A stretch of DNA of 64,000 nt from Vicinamibacteria bacterium (GTDB lineage: Bacteria; Acidobacteriota; Vicinamibacteria; Marinacidobacterales; Marinacidobacteraceae), in NCBI GenBank assembly GCA_963422395.1, contig OY729431.1, forward strand, positions 2,400,001 through 2,464,000, in the 5' to 3' direction. Under the pieces are notes generated by a model. The model was not told the origin of the DNA. It worked only from the letters and a program-made list of their open reading frames with translations, and ran no database searches. Positions 10,213 to 19,987 of this stretch are shown here, piece by piece; the stretch's first letter is position 1, and each line of letters begins with the position of its first letter. A program made the translations under genes and the position numbers.

Positions 10213-10484
10213 CTCCCCCCACCGGCCTGATGGCTCGAATCGCTCCGCGATTCGAGCCAATTCCCTCTCGAAAAAAGGGACATCCCTCTACGAAGCGCCA
10301 CTCCCCGCCGCTTCCTCGATCCCCCTGGAAAAAGCGCCCCGCGTCCGCACTGGCGCGCCGGGATCTCGACTCGAGGCCTCTTTTCTTCGTCATACCCCCG
10401 CACGGTACTCCCCCCACCGGACCGATATCTCGAATCGCGGATCGATTCGAGCCACCTCCCTCTTCTAAAAAAGGGACATCCCTC
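10213..10484. repeat. Two ~76-bp imperfect direct repeats (10213-10288 and 10408-10484) with internal palindromes
   Basis: Both copies read CTCCCCCCACCGG..CTCGAATCG-N5-CGATTCGAGCCA..TCCCTCT..AAAAAAGGGACATCCCTC, with a 195-bp period. Confidence 0.85.
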
Positions 10485-10615
10485 CCCCCCGAAACCCACC
10501 CCGAGCTCCGCGCCGCCGCCGCAGCCCGTGGATGGAGCGGCGCGAGCCTCCACGCGGGTGCGGCTTCGCGTGCTGCCCCGATTCTCCCCGGACTGCCGAC
10601 CTTCGCCACCGCTGG

Positions 10616-11359
10616 TCAGGGCCTCTCCGGCTCCGTGAGCAGGAGGGGGCGGAGGGCCGCCAGCACATTCGCGGCGAGGCGGCGGGCGCCCTCGGGATTC
10701 GGGTGGATCCGGTCGGGCTGGTTCTTTTCGGGGATTCCGGCCACTCCTTCGAGGAGATTCGGGAGCAGCGGCACTCCAGTCCCGGCGGCCACCGCAGCGA
10801 ACACCGCGCCGAACTCCGCTTCGTAGTCGCGGCCGAGCTCCGGGGGCGCGGGAACTCCGGCGAGCAGCACCCCGAGACCGCGTTCCTGCGCCTCGTCGAT
10901 CATGCCCCGGAGGCTCTCCTCCATCACCCGAACCGGCACTCCGCGGAGCCCGTCGTTGCCGCCGAGCGCGATGACGATCAGCACGGCGCTGGGCTCCCGA
11001 TCGAGCACCCAGGGGAGGCGGCGGAGCCCTCCCGAGGTCGTCTCCCCGGAAACTCCGGCATTCACCACCCGGTAACCGAACCGGGAGTCGTCGAGCAGCC
11101 GCTGGAGCCGCGCCGGCCAGGCCTCCGCTGCCTCGATGCCGTACCCGGCGGTGAGGCTGTCTCCGAAGGCGAGGAGCACCGGACGAGGGTCCGATGGATC
11201 CGCTTCCGGAACCGGGGGAACAGCCGCCGCCCTGCCCCCCGGGGACCGCTCTTCGGGAGGAGGCGGAATCGCTTCCCCGCAGCTCCCCGCGAGCGGTACG
11301 AAGAGTCCGGCGAGCAGGGCCGCGAGGGGCAGCCGGCGGTGGGAGGGAGGCGGAAACAC
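10616..11359 (-). CDS. Arylesterase/TesA-like GDSL (SGNH) hydrolase, possibly a lipoprotein
   Basis: Motifs FGDSLTAGYG, NAGVSGETT, GGNDGLRG and DRIHPN. Lipobox-like LAGSC near the N-terminus. Confidence 0.92.
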   Translation of the reverse strand: MFPPPSHRRLPLAALLAGLFVPLAGSCGEAIPPPPEERSPGGRAAAVPPVPEADPSDPRPVLLAFGDSLTAGYGIEAAEAWPARLQRLLDDSRFGYRVVNAGVSGETTSGGLRRLPWVLDREPSAVLIVIALGGNDGLRGVPVRVMEESLRGMIDEAQERGLGVLLAGVPAPPELGRDYEAEFGAVFAAVAAGTGVPLLPNLLEGVAGIPEKNQPDRIHPNPEGARRLAANVLAALRPLLLTEPERP

Positions 11360-11508
11360 GGGGGCGGGGAAAAACGGTTAGGAACGCCTCGGACCCATCG
11401 CGGAATGCGGGCGAACGGGCAGCACCCCCGGGGTGCCTCCCGGGGCGGTTCCCGGCGAACTCCCGACGAAGGCAGGCGAAGAATACCCCCGTAGAATCCG
11501 CACCGCCG

Positions 11509-11931
11509 ATGGCCGAAGCTGGGTCCCGCGAGCCGCGCTCGGTCGTGTTCCTCTGCGTCGCCAACTCGGCGCGCAGTCAGCTCGCCGAGGGGATCGCGCG
11601 CCAGCTCGCTCCCCCGGGAATCTCGGTGATGAGTGCCGGATCGAATCCTTGGCGAGTCCATCCGGTAGCGGTCCAGGTGCTCGCCGAGCAGGGAATCGAT
11701 ATCTCCGAGGCGCGAGCCCGGAGCGTCGACGAGATCCCCATCGAGGACGCGGACCTGGTGGTCACGCTCTGTGTCGAGGAAGTGTGTCCCCGGGTGCCTC
11801 CGGAGGTTCGCCGGCTGCACTGGCCCCTCGCCGACCCGGCGGAAGCGATCGGCGAGGGGGAGATGCTCCACCGGTTCCGCGAGACCCGCGACCTGCTGCG
11901 AGAGAAGATCGCTGCCCTCTTCGCCCGGTAG
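11509..11931 (+). CDS. arsC: Arsenate reductase, LMW-PTP family
   Basis: Motifs FLCVANSARSQLAEG, SAGS, TLC..EVCP and HWPLADP. Start set at ATG 11509. Confidence 0.88.
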   Translation: MAEAGSREPRSVVFLCVANSARSQLAEGIARQLAPPGISVMSAGSNPWRVHPVAVQVLAEQGIDISEARARSVDEIPIEDADLVVTLCVEEVCPRVPPEVRRLHWPLADPAEAIGEGEMLHRFRETRDLLREKIAALFAR

Positions 11932-12405
11932 CAGCAACCTGATCTATGCGGTCAGTCCGTCGCCCGAAGAGGCCGAAAAGCGCCGGCTTGCGGTCGAACT
12001 GCTGAGGCGAGATGACCTCGCCGTTTCGGTCCAGGTGCTTAGCAGCCTGTGGACAAAGTCACACGGCCAAAGGCCGGCGATGCCCAGTTCTTTGGGCTCG
12101 CGCCACTTCATCCACAGGCTGCTAAGGAGTTCCATTCCCAGATCACGGGGCCGACCCGTACCGAGCCGCTGACCGCCTCGCAGGCGCTGCGCTTCCTCGA
12201 TTCGATCCGTGCCTTCCCCGTCCAGGAGCTCACCCTCGCCGTGTTTCGAGCCGTGGTGGCGATCAGCCGCCAATTCCGACTCTCATACTGGGATGGGGCG
12301 ATTCTGGCGGCGGCGCGCGAGTCCGGCTGTAAAGCGGTGTACTCCGAGGATCTCAGCGACGAGCAGGACTACGGCGGCCTGCAGGTGATCGATCCTTTTC
12401 GCTAG
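11932..12405 (+). pseudogene. PIN/VapC-family toxin pseudogene (N-terminus missing, MITE-induced frameshift)
   Basis: SNLIYA...SVQVL joins KEF...LSYWDGAILAAARESGCKAVYSEDL...IDPF in frame once the 83-bp insert is removed. No start codon or first Asp (DxN) motif. Confidence 0.85.
12042..12122. mobile_element. 81-bp MITE with terminal inverted repeats and a TA duplication
   Basis: Ends GCAGCCTGTGGACAAAGT and ACTTCATCCACAGGCTGC (16/18 inverted match). TA flanks at 12040-12041 and 12123-12124. Confidence 0.85.
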
Positions 12406-12449
12406 CGGACCCGAACCGCTGGCCGGAGCGCGCTCGCGGAGGGGACGGG

Positions 12450-13502
12450 TTACCAGATGTCTCCGATGGTGAAGCCCTCGGGGAACGGATCGGAGGGGTC
12501 CACCGAGTACTGGGCGATCCCGGTGATCCAGGCGGCACCGCTGATCCGGGGGACCACTGCGGGCACGCCGCCGATGGTAGTTTCCCGGAGCAGCCGGCCC
12601 ACGAACTCGGTGCCCACCGGGCCGAAGTTGTGGAAGTCCTCGCCGATCTCCAGCTCGCCGCGGGCGTGGAGCACCGCCATCCGGGCCGAAGTGCCGGTAC
12701 CGCAGGGAGAGCGGTCGAGCGCTCCGGTCCAGGTCTCGGGCCGCTCCCAGTCGAGCTCGCCGGTCGCCACCGACACCGCGTTCGAGGCGGTCCGGGTGCC
12801 CGGGTCCCAGGGGCCCGCCAGCTGTCCGATACTCGCCCGCCGGATCTCGGGGTTTTCGGGGTGGACCGCCTCGATCTGCTCCCTCGCCGCCTGCTTCACC
12901 ATCGCCCCGACCCGCGCCAACTCGCGCCCGTTCTCCGGAACGATCTCCAGGCCGAAGCGCGCCGCGTCGGCGATCGCATAGAACATCCCGCCCCAGGCGA
13001 CATCCACTTCCACCGCACCGAAAGTCGGCACCTCGATCTTCGCCCCCAGGTGGACCGGGAAAGCCGGCACATTCTCGAAGGTGACCCGCGTCACCTTGCC
13101 GCCCTCGACGCGGGCCTCGACTTCGATGAGCCCCGCCGGGGTCTCGAGGACCAGCTCGGTGACCGGCTCCTGCGCGGGCACCATCCCCGTTTCGAGGAGC
13201 GCGGTGACCGTGCACATGGTGTTCGTGCCCGACATCGGCGGGTACTCGGTCTGCTCCATGATGACGAAGCCGGCGTCGGCATCGGGATGAGTCGGCGGGA
13301 GGATCAGGTTGCAGTTGGCCGCCGGAAAGCCCCGCGGTTCCCGGAGCATGAGCTTCCGAAGCCCGTCGGCGTTTCGCTCCAGATGCTGCATCTTGCGGAA
13401 CATCGTCTCACCGGGGACATCCAGCACCCCGCCGACGATCACCCGCCCCGGCTCCCCGCCGGCATGGAGATCCACCGCCTGGATCAATCGCTTCGACCGC
13501 AT
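12450..13502 (-). CDS. Proline racemase superfamily protein (Ser/Cys catalytic pair)
   Basis: Motifs HAGGEPGR, REPRG, MSGTN and DRSPCGTGTSA. Confidence 0.92.
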   Translation of the reverse strand: MRSKRLIQAVDLHAGGEPGRVIVGGVLDVPGETMFRKMQHLERNADGLRKLMLREPRGFPAANCNLILPPTHPDADAGFVIMEQTEYPPMSGTNTMCTVTALLETGMVPAQEPVTELVLETPAGLIEVEARVEGGKVTRVTFENVPAFPVHLGAKIEVPTFGAVEVDVAWGGMFYAIADAARFGLEIVPENGRELARVGAMVKQAAREQIEAVHPENPEIRRASIGQLAGPWDPGTRTASNAVSVATGELDWERPETWTGALDRSPCGTGTSARMAVLHARGELEIGEDFHNFGPVGTEFVGRLLRETTIGGVPAVVPRISGAAWITGIAQYSVDPSDPFPEGFTIGDIW

Positions 13503-13532
13503 GGGACTCTCCCTCGCTTCGGGGTACGCCGC

Positions 13533-13820
13533 TCAGGCGCTTCCCCCATCCGCAGCCGCCTCTTCTTCCGCAGCCGCCCGATCCGCGCACGCGGCGGAAC
13601 AGAAGGTGCGGCCGCCGCGGATCTCCGCCCGTTTCCCGGGGACATGGAGATCGCAGCGTTCGCAGCGTACGACTTCGCCGCGCAGCTCCGCCGCCCCGCC
13701 CGGCGGTCCGGTTCGGGGCGGGAACTCCCGGGAAGCGCGGCTCACGAACAGGGCCCGAAGGATCCGCCACCCCACCCGGGCCAGCAGCAGGACCAGCAGG
13801 ACCTGGAGAAAACGGATCAT
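13533..13820 (-). CDS. Small membrane-anchored protein with CxxC...C motif (PP0621-like)
   Basis: Hydrophobic N-terminus followed by VRCERCDLHVP...FCSAAC. Confidence 0.7.
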   Translation of the reverse strand: MIRFLQVLLVLLLARVGWRILRALFVSRASREFPPRTGPPGGAAELRGEVVRCERCDLHVPGKRAEIRGGRTFCSAACADRAAAEEEAAADGGSA

Positions 13821-13944
13821 GCGCGGACCGTCATCTTAGGGGCGGATCGAACGAAGGGCCGTTCACCCCCCACCGCTCGCCGGCCCCCCGGCGGGACGCG
13901 CGCCTCTACCATCTAGTCGGAAAGAGACAATCCGAGGACGCTCC

Positions 13945-16437
13945 ATGTTCCATGAAACGATCGAAGCGCTGAAGAGCCTCGCCAAGCGGCCGGGGTTCAC
14001 CCTGCTGGTCTGCCTCCCGCTCGGGCTGGGCATCGGGGCTGCCTCGACGGTGTTCTCGGCGGTCTCCGGGGTACTGCTCCGGGCCTCGCCGTTCGCCGAA
14101 CCGGACCGGTTGGTGCAGATCTGGGAGCACCGCCCCCGCCTGCCGATGCCGGAGGAGGCCGCGGCGTTTTCGACGGACCACTTCCGGCGCTGGCGGGAAG
14201 CGAACACCGTGTTCGAGGGCATGGCGATGTACGGCGACCTGCCGATCGCCTACCGGGGACTCGCCGCGGACCCCGGCGAGCCGCGTCCGCTCTCGGCCGA
14301 ACGGATTTCGCCGGAGCTCTTCGAGGTTCTGGGCGTCCAGCCCGCGCTCGGGCGCGGGTTCCGGCCCGAGGAAGGCTCTCCGGGGAGAGACGGCGTGGTC
14401 GTGCTGGGGGACGCCTTCTGGAGGCGCGAGTTCGGGAGCGACCGCGGCATCCTCGGCGCGGCGCTCCGGCTGAACGACCAGAGTTTCGAAGTCGTCGGGG
14501 TCATGCCCCGCGGGTTCGGCTTTCCCGTTCCCGGAACCGACCTCTACCTTCCCTATCCGTTCGAGCCGCCCGCCGATCTCCAGCCCGGGCAGGTGCGCCT
14601 CGAGCTCGTCCAGGTGGTGGGCCGGCTCGGCGACGGAGTCACCATCGAGCAGGCGGAGGCCGAGGCAGCCGCGCTCATCTCCCGGCTGAGCGAGGAGAGC
14701 GATATCCAGCGGATGCTCAACGATGGAGTCACGGTCCATCTCACTTCGTTCACCGAGCAGGCCACCCGGCGCATCCGCGATCCACTGGTCGCGCTCTTCG
14801 GGGTGACCCTGCTGGTACTGCTGATCGCCTGCGGCAATGCGGCGAATCTGCTGCTGACCCGCGCCGCCGGGCGGGAGCGCGAACTCGCAGTCCGCAGCGC
14901 CCTCGGCGCGGAACGGCCGCGGCTCGTTCGCCGGCTGTTCCTCGAAAGCCTGCTGCTCGCCGCCGGAGCCGGGGCCGTCGGCATCCTGTTGGCCGGCGGG
15001 GGCGCAGCCCTGGTGCGCTCGCTGACCGTCCTCGGGCTGCCGCAACTCGCCGCTGCCCGGGTGGATGCCGCCGTCGTCGCCTTCACCATTGCGGCGGCGG
15101 GGGCCGCGGCGGTCCTCTTCGGCACCCTCCCCGCACTCCGCGCCGCCTCCCGCGACCCGGCGGCGGCGCTCGGCGGCTCGGGGCGCGGCGACGGCGCCGG
15201 GCTGGGCGGCAGGGGCCGCAGCTTCGGAGCCCGGGGCCTCTTCGCCTCGCTGCAGCTCGCCCTCACTCTGCCGCTGCTCCTCGGGGCCGGCCTGCTGCTT
15301 CGGAGCTTTCTGGCCCTGGTCGCGGTGCCGCCGGGGTACGAGCCGAGACACACTGCGGTCTTCGATCTGCAGCTCTCCCCGGACCGCTATCCCGACGCGG
15401 AAGCCCGGCAAGCGCTGTTCGACCGGGTTCGGGAGACGCTGGCCGCGGTCCCCGGCGTTCTCCAGGTCGGCATCGTGGACACCCTGCCGCTCAGCGGAGA
15501 ACGGGCGGTGATCGGCTTCCAACGTCTCGGCGAAGAAGCAGAGACGGATCCCAATGCCGTGCCGCGCGCGCTGCTGCGCCGGGTCTCGCCGGGCTATTTC
15601 CGGGCGATGGGCATTCCGCTGGCCGCAGGCCGGGCGTTTTCCGAAGCCGACCGCACCGGCCCGCGGGTTTCCATCGTGAACCGGGCTCTCGTTGCGCGCT
15701 ATTTCGAAGATCCGCCGGTCGGCCTCGAGCTGCGGGGCCTCGGCGAGGTCATCGGGGTGGCGGGCGATGTCCTCGAAGCGGGAGTCGACACGCCGGCCGA
15801 GCCGATCCTCTACCTGCTGCGCGGCACCCTCCCGATGTCCGCTCCGGAGGGCGAGGTCGTCCGCGCGAGCGTGGTGATGCGCCACGCTCCGGGCGCCGCG
15901 GTGGCCGAGGCGGCTGCCGCCCGCGTCCGCGAACTGGACCCCGAACTGGCGGCGCTCGACCCGCGAACTCTCGAGGACCGAATCCGGGAATCGGTGGCGC
16001 AGCCGCGGCTCTACGCGCTGTTGCTCGGCGGCTTCGCGGCCGCCGCGGCGCTCCTCGCCGCTTGGGGCGTCTTCGGCGTCGTCAGCTTCTGGGCGAACAC
16101 CGGCATCCCGGCCCACGGAGTCCGCATGGCATTCGGGGCCGCTCCCGGGGACATCCGGCGGCTCGTCCTGCGGGGCGGGCTCCGGATCGCGGCACTCGGG
16201 CTGCTTCCCGGCATGCTGCTCGCCTGGTCCCTCTCCCGCGCTGCGGCGAGCGACCTCTCCCCGTTGCTCTTCGAGATCACTCCCCTCGACCCGGTGGTGT
16301 TCCTGCTGGTCCCGCTGGGTCTCCTCGCCGCGGTGCTGGCGGCCTCACTGCAGCCGGCCGCCGCCGCCGCCCGCCTCGATGTCGCCCAGGCGCTCCGCAC
16401 CGAGGCGGGGCGCAGCTCCGGGCCCCGCTTCGCTTGA
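13945..16437 (+). CDS. ADOP-type duplicated ABC permease (MacB-like)
   Basis: Motifs PGFT, LGIGAASTVFSAV, LLIACGNAANLL and RERELAVRSALGA; 830 aa with duplicated architecture. Confidence 0.88.
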   Translation: MFHETIEALKSLAKRPGFTLLVCLPLGLGIGAASTVFSAVSGVLLRASPFAEPDRLVQIWEHRPRLPMPEEAAAFSTDHFRRWREANTVFEGMAMYGDLPIAYRGLAADPGEPRPLSAERISPELFEVLGVQPALGRGFRPEEGSPGRDGVVVLGDAFWRREFGSDRGILGAALRLNDQSFEVVGVMPRGFGFPVPGTDLYLPYPFEPPADLQPGQVRLELVQVVGRLGDGVTIEQAEAEAAALISRLSEESDIQRMLNDGVTVHLTSFTEQATRRIRDPLVALFGVTLLVLLIACGNAANLLLTRAAGRERELAVRSALGAERPRLVRRLFLESLLLAAGAGAVGILLAGGGAALVRSLTVLGLPQLAAARVDAAVVAFTIAAAGAAAVLFGTLPALRAASRDPAAALGGSGRGDGAGLGGRGRSFGARGLFASLQLALTLPLLLGAGLLLRSFLALVAVPPGYEPRHTAVFDLQLSPDRYPDAEARQALFDRVRETLAAVPGVLQVGIVDTLPLSGERAVIGFQRLGEEAETDPNAVPRALLRRVSPGYFRAMGIPLAAGRAFSEADRTGPRVSIVNRALVARYFEDPPVGLELRGLGEVIGVAGDVLEAGVDTPAEPILYLLRGTLPMSAPEGEVVRASVVMRHAPGAAVAEAAAARVRELDPELAALDPRTLEDRIRESVAQPRLYALLLGGFAAAAALLAAWGVFGVVSFWANTGIPAHGVRMAFGAAPGDIRRLVLRGGLRIAALGLLPGMLLAWSLSRAAASDLSPLLFEITPLDPVVFLLVPLGLLAAVLAASLQPAAAAARLDVAQALRTEAGRSSGPRFA

Positions 16438-16459
16438 CGAATTTCTCTAGGATCCCTCG

Positions 16460-18058
16460 GTGGCCAAGTTCTCCCCCCGTACCCGATGGCTGCTCGGCGG
16501 CGGAGCCGCCGGAATCCTGATCCTGCTGCGGCTCGGGGGCGGCGGGTCCCCGGAGGCGGCGGACGCCGAGGAAACGGACAGCTTGCTTTCCCCCTGCTCT
16601 GTCGACAGAGACTCCCCCGGCGGGAGAGTGGAAGGCGGGCTCTGCGGAGTGGTCGAGGTCCCGGAGGACCGCGAAGACCCCGAAGGGCGTTCGATCGCGC
16701 TCTCCGTTCTCGTCCTCCCGGCCAGCGAGCAGGGCGGCGCGCCGGATCCGGTGTTCTTCCTGGCCGGTGGGCCGGGACAGGCCGCCACCGAGCTGGCGCC
16801 GAGGCTTCGAAGAGCTCTCGAAGATGTGCTTCGGCAGCGCGATTTCGTGTTCGTGGATCAGCGGGGAACCGGCGATTCCAACCCGCTGACCTGCGACTTC
16901 CTCGAAGGAGAGGATGCGGGGTCTCTCGAGAGCGTTCCGGAACTGTCCGAGGCCGACTGGCAGGAGTGCCTCGACTCTCTCGACGCGAGCCCGGAGCACT
17001 ACACCACCCCGGTCGCCATGGACGACCTCGAAGAGGTTCGAAAGGCGCTCGGCTACGGCCGGATCAACCTCTGGGGCGGCTCCTACGGCACCCGCGCCGC
17101 CACCGTCTTCCTCCGCCGGCATCCCGAGAGCGTGCGCTCGGTGGTCCTCGACGGAATGGCCCCGGTGGACATGCGGATCCCGCTCTCCTTCGCCGAGGAC
17201 GGGCAGCGGGCACTGAACCTGCTTCTCGACGACTGCGCCGCGGATGCGGATTGTGCGGCGCGCTTCCCCGGACTCGCCGGTTCCATCGAAACACTGCTCG
17301 CGAGCCTCGACCAGGACCCGCCGCGCCGCTTCCGCGTCCGCCATCCCCGAACCGGCGACTGGGAGGAGGTGCCCATCCGGCGCGAGCTGGCGGCCGGGGT
17401 GCTGCGCTTCCTGCTCTACCGCCCCGCCTACGCGGCACTGGTGCCGCTGCTGGTGGAAAGTGCGCTCGACGGCGACTTCGGCCCCATGATCGCCCTCGCC
17501 GACCCCGCGGTCGGACCCCGGATGACGATCGGCATGTTCTTGTCGGTGGTATGCGCCGAGGACGCTCCATTCCTGACCGTCGAAGAAGCCGCACGCGCCG
17601 CCGAAGAGAGCTTCCTCGACGAATTCATGGTCGAGCAGATCCTTTCGGCGTGCTCGGTCTGGCCGCGCGGCGAGCTGCCGGCGGGATACCGGGAACCGGT
17701 GCGCTCCGAAGCGCCGGTCCTCATCCTGTCGGGGGCCCTCGACCCGGTGACTCCTCCCCGCTGGGGCGAACATGCGGCGGCGACCCTTCCGAATTCTCGG
17801 CATTCGATCGTCCCCGGCGCGGGTCACGGCACTCTGTCGGCGGGGTGCGTGCCGGAACTGATCGCCGGGTTCCTCGACTCCGCCGACCCTGCGGGTCTCA
17901 GCACCGATTGCGTCTCCGAGGTCGGGCGCCCCCCTTTCTGGCGCTCGGCCACCGGACCGGATGCCGCGGTCTCCGGGAATCCCGAAAGCGAAAACCCGGC
18001 AACCGACGAGCCAGCGACCGGCGGGCCAGCGACTGGGGATCGCCGCTCCGACCCATGA
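16460..18058 (+). CDS. Secreted alpha/beta hydrolase with TAP-like C-terminus
   Basis: Motifs GGPG, DQRGTG, GGSYG nucleophile, DPVTP and GAGHG. Confidence 0.88.
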   Translation: MAKFSPRTRWLLGGGAAGILILLRLGGGGSPEAADAEETDSLLSPCSVDRDSPGGRVEGGLCGVVEVPEDREDPEGRSIALSVLVLPASEQGGAPDPVFFLAGGPGQAATELAPRLRRALEDVLRQRDFVFVDQRGTGDSNPLTCDFLEGEDAGSLESVPELSEADWQECLDSLDASPEHYTTPVAMDDLEEVRKALGYGRINLWGGSYGTRAATVFLRRHPESVRSVVLDGMAPVDMRIPLSFAEDGQRALNLLLDDCAADADCAARFPGLAGSIETLLASLDQDPPRRFRVRHPRTGDWEEVPIRRELAAGVLRFLLYRPAYAALVPLLVESALDGDFGPMIALADPAVGPRMTIGMFLSVVCAEDAPFLTVEEAARAAEESFLDEFMVEQILSACSVWPRGELPAGYREPVRSEAPVLILSGALDPVTPPRWGEHAAATLPNSRHSIVPGAGHGTLSAGCVPELIAGFLDSADPAGLSTDCVSEVGRPPFWRSATGPDAAVSGNPESENPATDEPATGGPATGDRRSDP

Positions 18059-18810
18059 TCGAAGTCTCCGGTCTCAGGAAGACCTTCGGCAGCGTGGTCG
18101 CCGTGGACGAGGTGAGCTTCCGCGCCGGCGACGGACAGATCACCGGGCTCCTCGGCCCGAACGGCGCCGGCAAATCCACCACCCTGCGGATGCTCTACGG
18201 CCTCATGACCCCCGAAGCCGGCGAGGTTCGGGTGGACGGCGTGGATGGACGGCGCGAGCCCCTGGCCGCCCAGGCGACGATCGGGGCGCTTCCGGATACC
18301 CACGCGCTCTACCCGCGGCTGAGCGGACGAGAGAACATCCGCTACTTCGCCCAGCTGCGCCGGATTCCGCCCGAGGACGCCGCCTCGCGAACCGACGAGT
18401 ACATCCGCCTGCTGGAAATGGGCGACTTCGTGGACCGGCGGGCGAAGGGGTACTCCCACGGCGAACGCTCCCGCGTGCTGCTCGCCCGGGCGCTCATCCA
18501 CGAGCCCCGGAATGTCCTTCTCGACGAGCCGACGAACGGCCTCGATGTGATGAGCACGCGGCGGATGCGGGGCATGATCCGACAGCTGCGGGACCGGGGC
18601 CGCGCGGTGCTGTTTTCGAGCCACATCATGCAGGAGGTCTCGCTCCTGTGCGACCGGATCGTGATCATCGCTGCCGGACGGGTGGTCGCCGAGGGATCCC
18701 CGGACGAGATCCGCAGGGCGGCAGGGCGCGAAGATCTGGAGGAGGCGTTCGTACAGCTCACCGGACCGGCGTCCGAATCGGCGTCCGAATCGGCGTCCGA
18801 GGCCGCCTGA
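18055..18810 (+). CDS. ABC transporter ATP-binding protein (NatA-like)
   Basis: GPNGAGKST and LLDEPTNGLD. ATGA overlap with the upstream gene. Confidence 0.92.
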   Translation: MIEVSGLRKTFGSVVAVDEVSFRAGDGQITGLLGPNGAGKSTTLRMLYGLMTPEAGEVRVDGVDGRREPLAAQATIGALPDTHALYPRLSGRENIRYFAQLRRIPPEDAASRTDEYIRLLEMGDFVDRRAKGYSHGERSRVLLARALIHEPRNVLLDEPTNGLDVMSTRRMRGMIRQLRDRGRAVLFSSHIMQEVSLLCDRIVIIAAGRVVAEGSPDEIRRAAGREDLEEAFVQLTGPASESASESASEAA

Positions 18811-18823
18811 GGAACAGCGGACC

Positions 18824-19987
18824 ATGGGAACCGCCGGCGTCGTCTTCCGAAAGGAGCTGCTCGAAGGAATCCGCGACCGGCGGGCCCTCGTCGCCGTGGT
18901 CCTCTCGATCAGCATCTTCCCCGTGCTGGTGCTGTTCATGGGCCGGTTCAGCCGGGGAGTCCGCGATGAGGCGCGCAACCTGACCCTCCCCGTCGCGGGC
19001 GCGGAGCGCGCCCCCGCACTCGTCGAATGGCTCGACCGGCAGCCGGGTCTGGCGATCGACGAGGCGCCGGGGGACCCGGCGACCGCAGTGCGGGACCGGG
19101 AGACCGACCTGGTGCTCCGGATCCCCGACGACTACGCGGAGCAGTTCGCCGAGGGCCGGCCAGCGGAGGTCGAGCTGATCGCCGACAGTTCGCGCGCCAC
19201 CGGCTCGGTCAAGATGCGGCGGGTCACCGGGCTCCTCGAAGCCTACGGACAGGAGGTCGCCGCCCTGCGGCTGATCAGCCGCGGTGTCAGCCCTCTGCTG
19301 GCGCGTCCGATCGCGGTCGAACGCGCCGAGGTCTTCAGCGAGCGGCGGCGGGCGGTGTTCTCGGCGCTGGGATTCATCCCGATGTTCCTGCTGATGAACG
19401 CCTTCTTCGGCGGCATGCAGATCTCTGCCGACGCCATCGCCGGCGAACGCGAGCGCGGATCCATCGAGGCGCTGCTCATCAACGCCGCGCCGGCGCGCCT
19501 GCTGGTCTTCGGCAAGTGGGCGGCCGCCTCCTCGTTCGCGGTCTTCCTGACCCTGCTCGGCCTTTTGACCTGCGTCGTGGTGCTGCGGTTCCTGCCCGGC
19601 GCGCTGAACATCTCCCCAACGGTGGCCGACTGGCTGATGGTGGCGCTGCTGGCGACCCCTCTCGCGCTCTTCTGTTCCGCGCTGCAGGTGGTCGTCGCCA
19701 CCTACGCCAAGTCCTACAAGGAAGCGCAGACCTATTTCGGCTATCTGGTTTTCTTGCCGATGCTCCCCTTCTTCGCGGTCACCTTCCAGTGGGTGGAGCA
19801 GGGATCCTGGGCATCCTTCCTGCCGATCCTCGGCCAGCACCTGATGATCCTCGGCGTGGTCGCCGGCGAACCGGCAGCAGGTTGGGAACTGGCGTTCGCC
19901 GGAGCGTTGGCGCTCGGCGCCGCCTGGGGCCTGCTGCGCTTCGCCGCATCACTCTTCACCCGCGAGAGCGTCGTCTTCGTCCGCTGA
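18824..19987 (+). CDS. ABC-2 permease (NatB-like)
   Basis: Motifs KELLEGIRDRR, AGERERGSIE and KSYKEAQ; multiple TM segments. Confidence 0.88.
   Translation: MGTAGVVFRKELLEGIRDRRALVAVVLSISIFPVLVLFMGRFSRGVRDEARNLTLPVAGAERAPALVEWLDRQPGLAIDEAPGDPATAVRDRETDLVLRIPDDYAEQFAEGRPAEVELIADSSRATGSVKMRRVTGLLEAYGQEVAALRLISRGVSPLLARPIAVERAEVFSERRRAVFSALGFIPMFLLMNAFFGGMQISADAIAGERERGSIEALLINAAPARLLVFGKWAAASSFAVFLTLLGLLTCVVVLRFLPGALNISPTVADWLMVALLATPLALFCSALQVVVATYAKSYKEAQTYFGYLVFLPMLPFFAVTFQWVEQGSWASFLPILGQHLMILGVVAGEPAAGWELAFAGALALGAAWGLLRFAASLFTRESVVFVR

Noticed and set aside
10213-10484. Possible CRISPR array
   Set aside because: Only two ~76-bp imperfect units with a 195-bp period, and no cas genes.
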